Notes: generated from the letters alone by a model not told the origin. A DNA stretch of 64,000 bases from an uncultured delta proteobacterium (GCA_963816145.1 CAWFJP010000003.1:96001-160000); one strand, 5' to 3'; shown: positions 17,484 to 28,473, counted from the stretch's first letter. A program made the numbers and translations.

Positions 17484-20400
17484 CTAATTTCGCCGGCTGG
17501 TTTCGTAAACTTTCTGTGCTTCGTTGTCCGTCATCGCTTCCAGCTCTCGAAGTAGCTGTGTCAGCTCCAGCTTGCTTGCGCCCTGGGCTTGCTGTTCCGT
17601 GATGCGCATCGCGAGGTCGGCCACGGTTGGAGATTCAAACATGCAGCGTAGCGGCAGTTCGATACCAAAAGCACCGTGGATTCGAGAGACAATTTGTGTG
17701 GCTAGCAGGGAGTGGCCGCCCAGGTGAAAGAAGTTGTCATGGATACCGACCTTGTCGTGTTTGAGAACCTCGGCCCAGATGTCAGCGAGAATCTCCTCGA
17801 CGGAAGTTCGTGGTGCGGCAAAGGAGTTTTCTAGCTCGGCTCTGTTGTGATCCGGAGCCGGCAGAGCCTTTCGGTCGAGTTTGCCGTTGGGCGTTAGCGG
17901 TAGGGAGTTCAAGAAAACATAAGCCGACGGCACCATGAACTCGGGGAGTTTCCGGTGTAGAAAGCTGCGCAGTTCGTGAGCCGATGGGACAGAGCCGGCA
18001 GCAGCAACGATATAGGCGACCAGGCGTCGGTCATCGGGACTATCTTCGCTGGCCAAGACGACAGACACTGTTACCGACGGATGCTGTGCGAGCACCGCTT
18101 CGATCTCTCCAAGCTCGATGCGGTAACCGCGGATCTTGACTTGAAAGTCCTTGCGGCCGCAGAACCCGATGCTCCCATCCGGCAACAGCCGGCCCATATC
18201 CCCCGTCCGGTATAAACGTCGGGTCCCTCCCTGCGGATCGGTCAGGAACGAAGCCGCGGTCAGCTTCGGTCTATCCCAATACCCCAAAGCCACATGCTCG
18301 CTTCGAATGCCGATCTCGCCATAGACCTCGGTAGCCATCCCGGTCTCATCCAGCAGCACCACCTCTGTATCCTCAACCGGATAGCCTACCGGAACCCGAT
18401 GTGCTGAGAGTTGGGTCTTATGGGTGATAAAGTGTTGGAGTGTCAGTGTCGATTCGGTGGGGCCCAACCCGTTGACCAGAATGCACTCTTGCGAGCCATG
18501 CTTTTTAAACAGATCGACATCTGTTTTCTGAACCTCTTCTCCGCCCAGAACGATCATTCGTATTGCTGAAAGATCTTCCTGACCACTCAGGCCGCTAAAA
18601 AGATAACGATAGACCGTCGGTGTAGAATGGTAGATGGTGGCGGTCTGCTTAACGATCTGCTCGACCAAAGCGGCGGGGGCTAGGGTTTTGACATCGAGCG
18701 GGCAAAGAGTCGCCCCGTTCAACAGGGCGCCGAAGATGTCCTGGACCGCGGCGTCAAACCCATAAGTCGAAAGAAGCGTCAACTTGTCATCGCAGCCGAT
18801 GTGCAGGTTATTGGTATAACAGCGTATATGGTGCAGCACATTGCGGTGGTTTTGCATCACCCCTTTGGGCTGTCCGGTAGAGCCGGAGGTGTAAAGGATG
18901 TAGGCCAGAGCATTCGGGGAGACCGCCAGAGCTGGATTGTCGATCGGGGTCGCACCGTCAATGTCATCGACATCGATCACCGGCACGGTTCTGTTGCCAA
19001 GAGCCAACGCCTGGGCCAGGTTATTTCTGTCGCTGACGAAAACTGCCGTGCGACAATTCCCTGAAATATAGGCAAGACGTTCTTGTGGATGGAAACGATC
19101 TAGCGGAACATAAGCATTGTTGCTTTTGAGCACTCCCAGGATCGCGGCGACCATCGGCGCACCATGATCGAACAGCAAGGCGATTCGCTCGCCTCCCTGG
19201 CCGCAGTGCTTGAGTAGCGTGTGGGCAATCCGATTGGCTTGGCGGTTTAACTCGGCGTAACTCCACTGATGCTCTTGAGTTGTGAGCGCCAGTTTTGTTG
19301 GAAACAACCTCGCCTGTTGCTCGAAACGGCTGCACAGAGATTGCTCGATATCTTGTTTCCTGAATTGAACAAACCGATGGTTCGGAGCAATGGGCTGGCT
19401 TTGGTTGGTAAAATCACGGCGTTGGTTTTGGGTTAAGAGTGAATAGCGCGATATCTGACGATCGGGATTCTCGACGATCCCCTCGAGCAGGTTGCAGTAA
19501 TGGCCGAGCAGATTGCTGATCGTATCGGACTCGAACAAATCGGCATTGTAGGCCAGAGTGAGTTTAAGCTTCTCGTCTTGTTCACTGACATACGTCGTCA
19601 GATCAAACTTTGAGTCCGCGTCGCCGGTTGCGATTCGCTCTGCACTTAATCCCTTAAGGCTAAATTCGCCGTCACCGGGCCCGAGCATGTTAAAGAAGAC
19701 TTGAAAGAACGGCGTGCGACTTAGATCTCGTTCCGGCTGCAGTTCTTCGACCAGCTTTTCAAACGGCAGATCCTGATGCGCATAAGCCTCCAGTGCAACT
19801 TCCCGCACCCGACCCAGCAACTCCCGAAACGTTGGGCTGCCGCTCAGATCGGTTCGTATCACCAGCGTATTGACGAAAAAGCCGATCAAGCTCTCGGTCG
19901 CATGGTGGTTGCGGTTGGCGATCGGCGAACCCACGGCGATGTCAACCTGCCCGGTATGACGACGGAGCAGGGCTTGGAACGCGGCCAATAGCGTCATGTA
20001 TAGCGTTACACCATGACTACCGCTGAGCACTTTGAGCCCTTGAGTCAGTGCCTCGGACAGCTCGGTCGATTGTTTTTCTCCCCGATAGCTCTGCACTGCC
20101 GGTCGTGGCCGGTCGGTCGGTAGTTGCAGCACTTCGAGTTCCGCTAACTGTTCTCTCCAATAGGATAGTTGGTGCTCTAACAGCTCTCCTTGCAACCACT
20201 GCCGCTGCCATACCGCGAAGTCGGCGTACTGGATCGGCAGCGGCACAAGCGGCGACGGCTTACCGTTTGAAAAAGCCTCGTAGAGAGCCGATAGTTCACG
20301 ATAAAGCACTGCCATCGACCAACCGTCCGATACGCTGTGATGCAGCGTTAAAAGTAAAATGTGATCCTGGCGAGAGAGACGAAGCAATGGTGCGCGAAAC

Positions 20401-23400
20401 AGCGGCCCTCGGCTGAGGTCAAAAGCTCGCCGGCTTTCTTCTCCCACAAACTCAAGCGCCTCCTGCTCAGGCTCAGCCCTCGCGCTAAGATCCACTATGG
20501 GCAGTTTTAGGGGCAGTGAGGGCGCGATGACTTGAACCGCTTTGTCGCCCACGGTTGGGAAGCTTGTTCGCAAGGCTTCGTGGCGATCGACAATTTCTTG
20601 CAAACTTTGCTCCAGAGCTCTAACGTTCAATTCTCCCCTGAGCCGAATCGCGCTGGGAATCGTGTAAAGCGATTTCCCAGGATCCAGCTGATCTAAAAAC
20701 CATAATCGCTGCTGGGCAAAGGACAGTGGAAGGTCCTTGTCCCTTGAAACCGCAAGGAGGGGGGGGATTTGCGGCCCTTGTTCCTTGTGACGTATTTTCT
20801 CAATGCGCTCCGCCAGACCTGCCACAGTGGACGATTCGAACAGCGATCTCAAGGGTAGATCAAGTTTGAAGGCATCACGAATGCGCGAGACGACCTGAGT
20901 AGCGAGCAGGGAATGGCCGCCCAGACCGAAAAAGTTGTCGTGGATGCCGATCTTGTCGAGCTTGAGCACCACAGCCCAGATATTAGCGAGGTTCTCCTCC
21001 ACCGGGGTCCTTGGAGCGGCAAAGGCATCCTCCAGCTCGGGTCTGCTGTGATCTGGAGCTGGCAGAGCGTTTCGGTCGAGCTTGCCGTTGGGCGTTAGCG
21101 GCAATGAATCGAGGAACACGAAGGCGGACGGCACCATAAAGTCGGGGAGCTTGTGTTGGAGAAAGCTGCGCAGGTTTTGAGCCGAAGGGTTGGAGCCCGC
21201 AGCAGCGACGGTATAGGCCACCAACCGTTTGTCGCCCGGACTGTCTTCTCGGGCCAATACGATGGACTCTTCTATCGATGGATGCTGTCCGAGCGTCGCT
21301 TCGATTTCGCCCAACTCGATGCGGTAGCCGCGGAGCTTAACCTGATTGTCGATGCGGCCCAGAAAGTCGATAGCGCCGTCACGCAGGTAGCGAGCCGAAT
21401 CTCCCGTCTTGTATAGTCGTGCTCCCGGTTCATTGCTAAAGGGATCGGGGATGAATTTCTCAGCTGTTAATTCCGGGCGCATCAAGTAGCCACGCGCCAA
21501 GCCGGCGCCGCCAATGTGGATCTCTCCAGCCACACCTACAGGCACGGCCTGCAGGTTCCGATCGAGGAGGTATATCTGCCGGTCGGCCATGGGACGACCG
21601 ATCGGTATTAAGTTGCCTTCGGACCCGGTCGATGTAATTGGATTGATTGCCGCCCAAACCGTCGCTTCCGTGGGCCCGTAAAAATTCCATACGGGAACGC
21701 CGAATTCCAGTGACTTAGAGGCTAGGTCCATCGGAAAGGCCTCACCCCCACAAATGATCAGCCTAATGTCCAACTCACCGGCGCTCTTTAGAGTTTCCGG
21801 CAATTCTCCGATTAGCTGCCGCATAGCCGAAGGAGTTTGGTTGAGCACCGTCACACGCTCGCGGTGCAGCAAATCGCGGAAAGCCGCAGGCGATTGGGCC
21901 ACCTGCAACGGAACAACTACCAGCCGACCACCCTGAAGAAGTGCTCCCCAAATCTCCCAAACTGAGAAATCGAAAGCGTAGGAATGAAAAACGGTCCAAA
22001 CGTCGTGTTCGTCAAAGCCGAACAGCGGTCGAGTCGCTTCAAGCAGTCGGGCAACGCTACGGTGGAGGATTTGAACCCCCTTCGGCCGGCCGGTCGAGCC
22101 TGAAGTATAGATGACATAGGCGAGGTTCTCGGATGTCATCTGAACAGCAAGGTTTTCCTGGCTTTCTTCGGCAATCATTTTCCAGTCGGCGTCGAGAGAT
22201 ATTACCGCAGCGTGTGCCTCAGGAAGCCTCTCTTTGAGATGCTGTTGAGTTATCACAACCGGTGCCTGGATGTCGTCCAAAACGTAGGCTAACCGCTCCG
22301 TAGGGTAATTCGGGTCGAGCGGCACATATGCCCCGCCCGCCTTTAGGATTGCGAGCAGTCCGACTACCATATGGACGGACCGTTCAACGCATATTCCGAC
22401 CGGTACTTCCGGTTGTACCCCGAGCTTCCTTAGATGATTCGCCAACTGGTTTGCCCGCCGATTCAGCTCTCGGTAGGTGAGTCGCTTTCCTTCGCAGACC
22501 ACCGCGACTGCGTCTGGCGCACGCTCGACCTGCGATTCGAACAATTCATGGAGGCATTTGTCGCGCTTCTGCTGGATCGCCTTTCCGTTCCATGCGTCCA
22601 ACACTTGTTGCCATTCTGTTTCCGTCAAAATCGATAGGGTCGAGAGACGCTGGTCGGGGTCAGCCGTAACGCATTCCAGTAACGTTTGAAAATGTCCTAG
22701 CATTCGGGTGATAGTCGCTGCATCGAAGAGGTCGGTGTTGTACTCAAGGGAGCCAATCAAACCTTGCGGCTGCTCGCGTAAGTCGAGTGCTAGGTCGAAC
22801 CGGGCCGTCCCGTATTCTACATCCAAGGGATCGACAACGAGGCCAGGTAATTTTAACAAGGTCGGGGGAGTATTATGAAGAGCGAACAAAACCTGGAACA
22901 GCGGATTATAACTCAGGTCTCGCTCCGGCTGCACAAGTTCGACCACTTTCTCAAAAGGTAGCTCTTGGTGATTGTAAGCTTCCAAAGAGACCTCTCTGAC
23001 TCGCTTCAGCAGCACTCTAAACGTCGGGTCGCCGGACAAATCGGTGCGTAACACTAGCGTGTTGGCAAAAAAGCCGATCAGTTCCTCGGTCTTGGCGTCA
23101 GTGCGTCCGGCGATGGGAGTGCCCAAGACAATGTCGCACCGATCTATGTAGCGTGAGAGCAAAACCTTGAATGCCGCCAGCAGCGTCATGAACAATGTAA
23201 CGCCTTCCCGCCGGCTTAAGGCATTGAGTAATTCGGAGAGGGACTTTGGAAGAGTCACAGGCTCCCTTGCCCCGCGAAACGACTGGACCGGTGTCCGTGG
23301 CCGGTCCGTTGGCAATTCTAGCATGGCGGGCGCCCCCGCCAGCTGTTGTTTCCAGTAGGCTAGATCTCGTTCGAGAGCCCCGCCTTGTAGCCACTCGCGT

Positions 23401-26400
23401 TGCCAAACAGCGAAGTCCACATATTGAATCGGCAACTCGGCCAGAGGCGAGGGCTGCCCACGGGAGAAGGCTTCGTAGATGACCGACAATTCCCGGAAGA
23501 GTATGCCCATAGACCAACCGTCACTGGCGATGTGGTGGATTGTAATCAGAAGGACATGCTCATCTTGGTCCAGTCGCAGCAAACATGCACGCAGGAGCGG
23601 ACCGCGAACTAAGTCGAAAGAACGCCGCGCCTCCTCAGCCGCGAGCCGCAAGGCCAGAGCTTCCCGTTCGTTCTCATCTTGCTCCTGAAGATTCAGCAAT
23701 GTCAGCTTGATAGGCTCGAACGGGAGGATGACCTGAACAGGTTGCCCGTTGACTTGCGGAAAGGTCGTTCGCAGGGCGTCATGGCGACGGAGGATTTCGC
23801 TGAGGCTCCGCTCGAATGCGGTTACGTCCAGTGGCCCGGTGAGCCGGAGGGCAACGGGAATGTTGTATGCAGAATATCCCGGTTCGAGCTGATCGAGAAA
23901 CCAGAGTCGCTGCTGTGCAAAAGACAAAGGGACTTCACTACGCCGAGGCGTCGACACTATCGGTGGTATTCTTTGTAAGTCCTCTTCTGTCCCAAGGCTG
24001 GCACCAATCGAGGCTGCGAGGGTGGCAATCGTTGGAGTCTCGAACAACCTACGCAACTGAATTTTGACCTGGAAAGAATGATTTACTCTTGATAAGACCT
24101 GCGTGGCTAAGAGCGAGTGCCCGCCGAGTTCAAAGAAGTTGTCATGGATGCCGACTTTGTCGAGTTTCAGGACGTCGGCCCAGATGCTTGCGAGAATTTT
24201 TTCGACCGGAGTCCGAGCGGCGACAAAAGTTTCGTCCAGTTCAGGTCTGCATTGATCAGGAGCTGGAAGCGCGTTACGGTCGAGCTTGCCGTTGGGAGTC
24301 AGTGGTAACGATTCCAAGAACATGATCGCGGAAGGCACCATGTATTCGGGGAGCTTCTGTTGCAGAAACCTGCGCAGGTCCTGAGCCGAAGGGTTGGAGC
24401 CTGCAGTAGCGACGATATAGGCCACCAACCGCTTGTCGCCGGGACTGTCTTCTCGCGCGAGCACCACCGTGTGTTGGATCGCGGGATGTTGACCGAGCAC
24501 TGTCTCGATCTCTGCCAACTCAATCCGATATCCGCGAAGTTTCACCTGATCGTCGATTCGACCGAGAAACTCGATGTTGCCATCAGGCAAATAGCGGGCG
24601 ATATCTCCGGTCTTAAAAAGCCGCGATCCTGGCGTGTCGCTGAAGGGGTTGCTTATGAACTTCTCCGTCGTCAGTTCAGGCCGATTCCAATATCCCCGTG
24701 CCAACCCCTCACCGCCTATGTGAATCTCTCCGGCCACTGCTATCGGCACAGGATTCAGATGTGGGTCCAAAATATAGACCTGCGTGTTACCAATTGGGCG
24801 GCCGATGATGATCGGACTATCGGGATGTAGCCTTGCGACAGTCGCGTTGACGGTGGCTTCGGTCGGACCGTAGAGATTCCACACATCGAGGCCGGGATAA
24901 GTAGCAAAGGTTTTCTCCAACAGTTGTCTGCTGGGGTTTTCGCCACCAAGCAAGAGCGAGGATAGAGCCTCTGGTGGTACAAGATCCGGATCAGAATCAA
25001 TTGCGTCAGTGACTGCGTTCCACAAAGAGGGCACACAGTTCAGGCTGAATCTATCGCGGCAACGGATCGCTTCAAGTAGATTGGCGGGCTGATTGATCGC
25101 CGCATCTGAGACTAAGAAGACCTGGTTTCCATGCAGCAGCGGCGGGAACAATTGCTTCAGCGATGCATCGAAGGTCAGCCTAGTGGTTACGGGTAGATTG
25201 AGAGCTTTCTCGGCCAAAGGAGATTCGCTGAACCAGCAGAGATAATTGACCAGGCTTCGATGCTCAACCATGACGCCTTTCGGGTTTCCCGTGGAGCCTG
25301 ATGTATAAATCACATAGGCTAGGTTTTCATTTTTAGCGCCGTTGGTCGGATTCTCCGCGCTCTCCTGAGCCACGGTCTTCCAGTCTGTGTCCAGACAAAT
25401 GGTTCGATTTTGGATCGATCGCGTAGGCAACTGTTCAAGGAGCTTGCTCTGAGTTAAGACCACCGGAGCCTGGGAATCGCCAATCATGAAAGCTAAACGC
25501 TCTTTTGGATACGTTGGGTCGAGCGGCACGTAGGCGCCGCCCGCTTTGAGAATAGCCAAGAGACCGACGATCATCTCGATGGAGCGTTCCAGGCAGATGC
25601 CGACGAGCACCTCGGGACCAACGCCAAGTTTCTGCAGGTAGTGAGCCAGTTGGTTGGCTCGGTTACTGAGTTCTCGGTAGGTCAACTGTTGCTCTTCGAA
25701 GACCAGAGCTATGGCATCGGGTGTTTTCTCCACCTGAATTTCAAACAGTTCATGGACGCACCGCTCCTTCGGATATTCCGCATCGGTGTCGTTGAACTCC
25801 ACCAGGAGTTGATGGGACTCCGCCTCGCTCAGCAGATGAAAGTCGGCGATGCGCCGGCCGGAGTCTGTGGCTATGTCCCGCAGAAATCTATCGAGCTGAC
25901 CCGATATCCTCCTGACGCTGTCCTCTTCCAATACCCTCGCGTCATAGACCAAACGACATTCTGCCCGATTCTTTGGGAGAAGCAGGGTTAACTCACTGCC
26001 GGTCGCTGGTTCGTAGCCGTCCGGCCTTTCTGTCTGATCTACGATGACCGACAACGTGTGTGCTCCCGGCAACCTCGCCGACGAACGAAGGACAGGGTAG
26101 CGCGCCACGACATCCCGGGCGTAAGTCTCGTGCTGCCTGACCAACTTCACCTGCTCCCGCAGGCCATGGAAAAACTCCGCGAAACTCCGCGTGCAGTCCG
26201 CGTTTACCCTCAGAGGGAGATGGGATGCAAAAAATCCCTCCAAACCAACCAGGTTGCGTCGCAGTTCGATGTCGCTGAACCCGATATCGAAAGGGCGATC
26301 TCCACCGATGCGGGAGAGATAGGCGGCGAATACACCGAGTAGAAAGTCCTCCGTGCTCCAGTCTGCACGGCGATGTTCGAGAAAGGCAACAACCTCTTCG

Positions 26401-27593
26401 GCTAGGGGGATTCGTACAGTTGCGTATTGCGCCGGTTTCACATCCGATGTATTTCGGCCCGCGTAGGGGAGTCTCATAGGCTGTAATTCGTCCAGCCTCT
26501 TCACCCAGAATCCTTCATGCTTACACGCCGACGCGTAACAATCCGTGATTCGCCTCGCGATCTCCGGATCAAGGTCCGTGAACCGATCCCCTTGACGCAG
26601 CTCAAACCGTGCCACAAGGTCGGAAATCGGTAGCGGTTGACCGTCGATGGTCAGCGCCATGCGCAGCGCGATATCGCGGTCCGCTGTAGATACCTTGAGA
26701 GAGCCGCGCTCTATGGCTGTAATGGTCCCTGGGGGGGTGTCGGATGTAGAGTCGAGAACGGCAATCTTCGTAACGATGAAGAACGCTCTTCCCTTGGCGA
26801 GCTTCGGGAGACCCAGTGGGTTGGGATAACGTCCGAAGTCCAAAGCGCGAACGAAGGCATCGATATCATGGGCTCGGCCGTTCCAGCTAAGAACGCATCC
26901 CGCAGCGGGTCTCTTGTACCGCGGGAAGAAAGAGCGTTTGTCAGGGTCTTGCTTCCGCACCGACGCGCGGTCGGATGACAGGTCTTCGACCAGCTCAGCG
27001 AATGAACGAATGGCAGCGTCGTAGCATTTTGCATTGAGGGTGAAGGCGGTTTCGTCATCGGCGATGTCCACGCTACACTGTTGCAGTATATTGCCCGCGT
27101 CGATCAAATCTGTCATCTCGTGCCAGGTGACCCCATGGGTCGTCTCCCGCTGCATGATGGCCCAGCTGGTAGCGTGACTCCCCGCGTACTTAGGTAAGAG
27201 GGCATCGTGGTAGTTGATGGCATACCTGCCCGGCAGCTCCAATAAGTTTTTGGGCAAGATCCGGCTGTTGACGATACTGAAAAGATAATCGAAAGAGCAC
27301 CGGCTCATGAACAGGATAAGGTCATCCGTTGGCTCCATGTGAGCAACGGCCTTACCCTCCGCCCAGCGAAGAATCGATGCATCCCGGGAGATAATGCCGC
27401 AGATCTCGTGTCCACGATCTAAAACTATTTCCCCACATTGTATCGGTAGGGTTCCCTCTCCGACAATAAAACAACGGAATTGATCGCGTTTATAGATGCT
27501 CTTCGCCGCAGCGATTTCACACTGCTTTTTCTCCGGAGATTGCTGCGTCGGCACTGAGGGTCCGTTTCTGATATGATCGGTCATAATTCTCAC
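17484..27593 (-). CDS. NRPS: formyltransferase-(partial C)-A-T-C-A-T-C-A-T, no TE
   Basis: 3369 aa; AINYHDALLPKYAG...GVTWHEMTDLIDAG formyltransferase; three YTSGSTG.PKG A domains; three GGHSLL T domains; C domains HHIASDGWS and HHSVSDGWS. Confidence 0.95.
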   Translation of the reverse strand: MRIMTDHIRNGPSVPTQQSPEKKQCEIAAAKSIYKRDQFRCFIVGEGTLPIQCGEIVLDRGHEICGIISRDASILRWAEGKAVAHMEPTDDLILFMSRCSFDYLFSIVNSRILPKNLLELPGRYAINYHDALLPKYAGSHATSWAIMQRETTHGVTWHEMTDLIDAGNILQQCSVDIADDETAFTLNAKCYDAAIRSFAELVEDLSSDRASVRKQDPDKRSFFPRYKRPAAGCVLSWNGRAHDIDAFVRALDFGRYPNPLGLPKLAKGRAFFIVTKIAVLDSTSDTPPGTITAIERGSLKVSTADRDIALRMALTIDGQPLPISDLVARFELRQGDRFTDLDPEIARRITDCYASACKHEGFWVKRLDELQPMRLPYAGRNTSDVKPAQYATVRIPLAEEVVAFLEHRRADWSTEDFLLGVFAAYLSRIGGDRPFDIGFSDIELRRNLVGLEGFFASHLPLRVNADCTRSFAEFFHGLREQVKLVRQHETYARDVVARYPVLRSSARLPGAHTLSVIVDQTERPDGYEPATGSELTLLLPKNRAECRLVYDARVLEEDSVRRISGQLDRFLRDIATDSGRRIADFHLLSEAESHQLLVEFNDTDAEYPKERCVHELFEIQVEKTPDAIALVFEEQQLTYRELSNRANQLAHYLQKLGVGPEVLVGICLERSIEMIVGLLAILKAGGAYVPLDPTYPKERLAFMIGDSQAPVVLTQSKLLEQLPTRSIQNRTICLDTDWKTVAQESAENPTNGAKNENLAYVIYTSGSTGNPKGVMVEHRSLVNYLCWFSESPLAEKALNLPVTTRLTFDASLKQLFPPLLHGNQVFLVSDAAINQPANLLEAIRCRDRFSLNCVPSLWNAVTDAIDSDPDLVPPEALSSLLLGGENPSRQLLEKTFATYPGLDVWNLYGPTEATVNATVARLHPDSPIIIGRPIGNTQVYILDPHLNPVPIAVAGEIHIGGEGLARGYWNRPELTTEKFISNPFSDTPGSRLFKTGDIARYLPDGNIEFLGRIDDQVKLRGYRIELAEIETVLGQHPAIQHTVVLAREDSPGDKRLVAYIVATAGSNPSAQDLRRFLQQKLPEYMVPSAIMFLESLPLTPNGKLDRNALPAPDQCRPELDETFVAARTPVEKILASIWADVLKLDKVGIHDNFFELGGHSLLATQVLSRVNHSFQVKIQLRRLFETPTIATLAASIGASLGTEEDLQRIPPIVSTPRRSEVPLSFAQQRLWFLDQLEPGYSAYNIPVALRLTGPLDVTAFERSLSEILRRHDALRTTFPQVNGQPVQVILPFEPIKLTLLNLQEQDENEREALALRLAAEEARRSFDLVRGPLLRACLLRLDQDEHVLLITIHHIASDGWSMGILFRELSVIYEAFSRGQPSPLAELPIQYVDFAVWQREWLQGGALERDLAYWKQQLAGAPAMLELPTDRPRTPVQSFRGAREPVTLPKSLSELLNALSRREGVTLFMTLLAAFKVLLSRYIDRCDIVLGTPIAGRTDAKTEELIGFFANTLVLRTDLSGDPTFRVLLKRVREVSLEAYNHQELPFEKVVELVQPERDLSYNPLFQVLFALHNTPPTLLKLPGLVVDPLDVEYGTARFDLALDLREQPQGLIGSLEYNTDLFDAATITRMLGHFQTLLECVTADPDQRLSTLSILTETEWQQVLDAWNGKAIQQKRDKCLHELFESQVERAPDAVAVVCEGKRLTYRELNRRANQLANHLRKLGVQPEVPVGICVERSVHMVVGLLAILKAGGAYVPLDPNYPTERLAYVLDDIQAPVVITQQHLKERLPEAHAAVISLDADWKMIAEESQENLAVQMTSENLAYVIYTSGSTGRPKGVQILHRSVARLLEATRPLFGFDEHDVWTVFHSYAFDFSVWEIWGALLQGGRLVVVPLQVAQSPAAFRDLLHRERVTVLNQTPSAMRQLIGELPETLKSAGELDIRLIICGGEAFPMDLASKSLEFGVPVWNFYGPTEATVWAAINPITSTGSEGNLIPIGRPMADRQIYLLDRNLQAVPVGVAGEIHIGGAGLARGYLMRPELTAEKFIPDPFSNEPGARLYKTGDSARYLRDGAIDFLGRIDNQVKLRGYRIELGEIEATLGQHPSIEESIVLAREDSPGDKRLVAYTVAAAGSNPSAQNLRSFLQHKLPDFMVPSAFVFLDSLPLTPNGKLDRNALPAPDHSRPELEDAFAAPRTPVEENLANIWAVVLKLDKIGIHDNFFGLGGHSLLATQVVSRIRDAFKLDLPLRSLFESSTVAGLAERIEKIRHKEQGPQIPPLLAVSRDKDLPLSFAQQRLWFLDQLDPGKSLYTIPSAIRLRGELNVRALEQSLQEIVDRHEALRTSFPTVGDKAVQVIAPSLPLKLPIVDLSARAEPEQEALEFVGEESRRAFDLSRGPLFRAPLLRLSRQDHILLLTLHHSVSDGWSMAVLYRELSALYEAFSNGKPSPLVPLPIQYADFAVWQRQWLQGELLEHQLSYWREQLAELEVLQLPTDRPRPAVQSYRGEKQSTELSEALTQGLKVLSGSHGVTLYMTLLAAFQALLRRHTGQVDIAVGSPIANRNHHATESLIGFFVNTLVIRTDLSGSPTFRELLGRVREVALEAYAHQDLPFEKLVEELQPERDLSRTPFFQVFFNMLGPGDGEFSLKGLSAERIATGDADSKFDLTTYVSEQDEKLKLTLAYNADLFESDTISNLLGHYCNLLEGIVENPDRQISRYSLLTQNQRRDFTNQSQPIAPNHRFVQFRKQDIEQSLCSRFEQQARLFPTKLALTTQEHQWSYAELNRQANRIAHTLLKHCGQGGERIALLFDHGAPMVAAILGVLKSNNAYVPLDRFHPQERLAYISGNCRTAVFVSDRNNLAQALALGNRTVPVIDVDDIDGATPIDNPALAVSPNALAYILYTSGSTGQPKGVMQNHRNVLHHIRCYTNNLHIGCDDKLTLLSTYGFDAAVQDIFGALLNGATLCPLDVKTLAPAALVEQIVKQTATIYHSTPTVYRYLFSGLSGQEDLSAIRMIVLGGEEVQKTDVDLFKKHGSQECILVNGLGPTESTLTLQHFITHKTQLSAHRVPVGYPVEDTEVVLLDETGMATEVYGEIGIRSEHVALGYWDRPKLTAASFLTDPQGGTRRLYRTGDMGRLLPDGSIGFCGRKDFQVKIRGYRIELGEIEAVLAQHPSVTVSVVLASEDSPDDRRLVAYIVAAAGSVPSAHELRSFLHRKLPEFMVPSAYVFLNSLPLTPNGKLDRKALPAPDHNRAELENSFAAPRTSVEEILADIWAEVLKHDKVGIHDNFFHLGGHSLLATQIVSRIHGAFGIELPLRCMFESPTVADLAMRITEQQAQGASKLELTQLLRELEAMTDNEAQKVYETSRRN

Positions 27594-27644
27594 ACCCGCC
27601 GGCGCTGCAAGGATTGAATAGAAACTCCGGTCGCCGTCATAACT

Positions 27645-27857
27645 TTATTGCTTCTTCCGTTCTGACTCAGCGCGCGGTCCCGCTGGCGTTTTTGCCCAGC
27701 CCACAAAAGTGTCTCGATGCGCTCGGAAATCGTTTGTTAGTTTAAATGCGTCGATTTCGAGATGCTGCAAAGTTTGACCGATGCACCGAAGAGCTCGGGC
27801 GAAATTGTGACGCTGGCATAATGTTATCACGTCGACCTCTCGGTTTGGTTCTTTCAT
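27645..27857 (-). CDS. Small hypothetical protein upstream of the NRPS
   Basis: 70-aa ORF co-oriented with the NRPS; no recognised motif. Confidence 0.3.
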   Translation of the reverse strand: MKEPNREVDVITLCQRHNFARALRCIGQTLQHLEIDAFKLTNDFRAHRDTFVGWAKTPAGPRAESERKKQ

Positions 27858-28473
27858 AATTAAGTTTCGGAAAATTCATTAATCATAGCATATTTCGTGC
27901 CGTTTTTATTATTTCGGACATTGCAGCAAATTTTTCACATGATTTATAATCTGTCTTAAAATCTCTGACACAACTGGAGGTATTATCCGTACTTTTCCCC
28001 CTCCAGGGCGTTGTTAGTCTTTTTCTAGACGGTCTAAGAAAAATCGAAGCTAGAAACTTCGTGTTCACGACGGTCTGTTTGTAATTTTCAACTCCTCCGG
28101 TCCAAGGTCTTAACCGACTGCCGGCCGCACTCCATGCGGTTACCGTGGGTCGAAGCGCGCCCACGTAGACTTAAACTCCGGAAGCGGCGGCGGCGCGCTG
28201 GGGTCCATTTCTCCAAAGGCGCTATGTGAAATTGCCAGTGGTAAAGCGAGCGACTTGAATCCGTATGCTAAGGCGTAGCTCGTAACGCGGCAACGTGAAC
28301 CGTATGGTGCGGACGATTGAGGAGTGTTGACATTCGATTGAAGCGTCGTTCGATTTTTGTTTCCATCGGTGTTTCCACAAGGGTTGGAATCACAACGCAC
28401 CAGCACGGAAGCGAGAATGCCTAAGCGTTGAATTTTGCTTGTTGCTGATACATGCTGATCAGCGTTCGAGACA

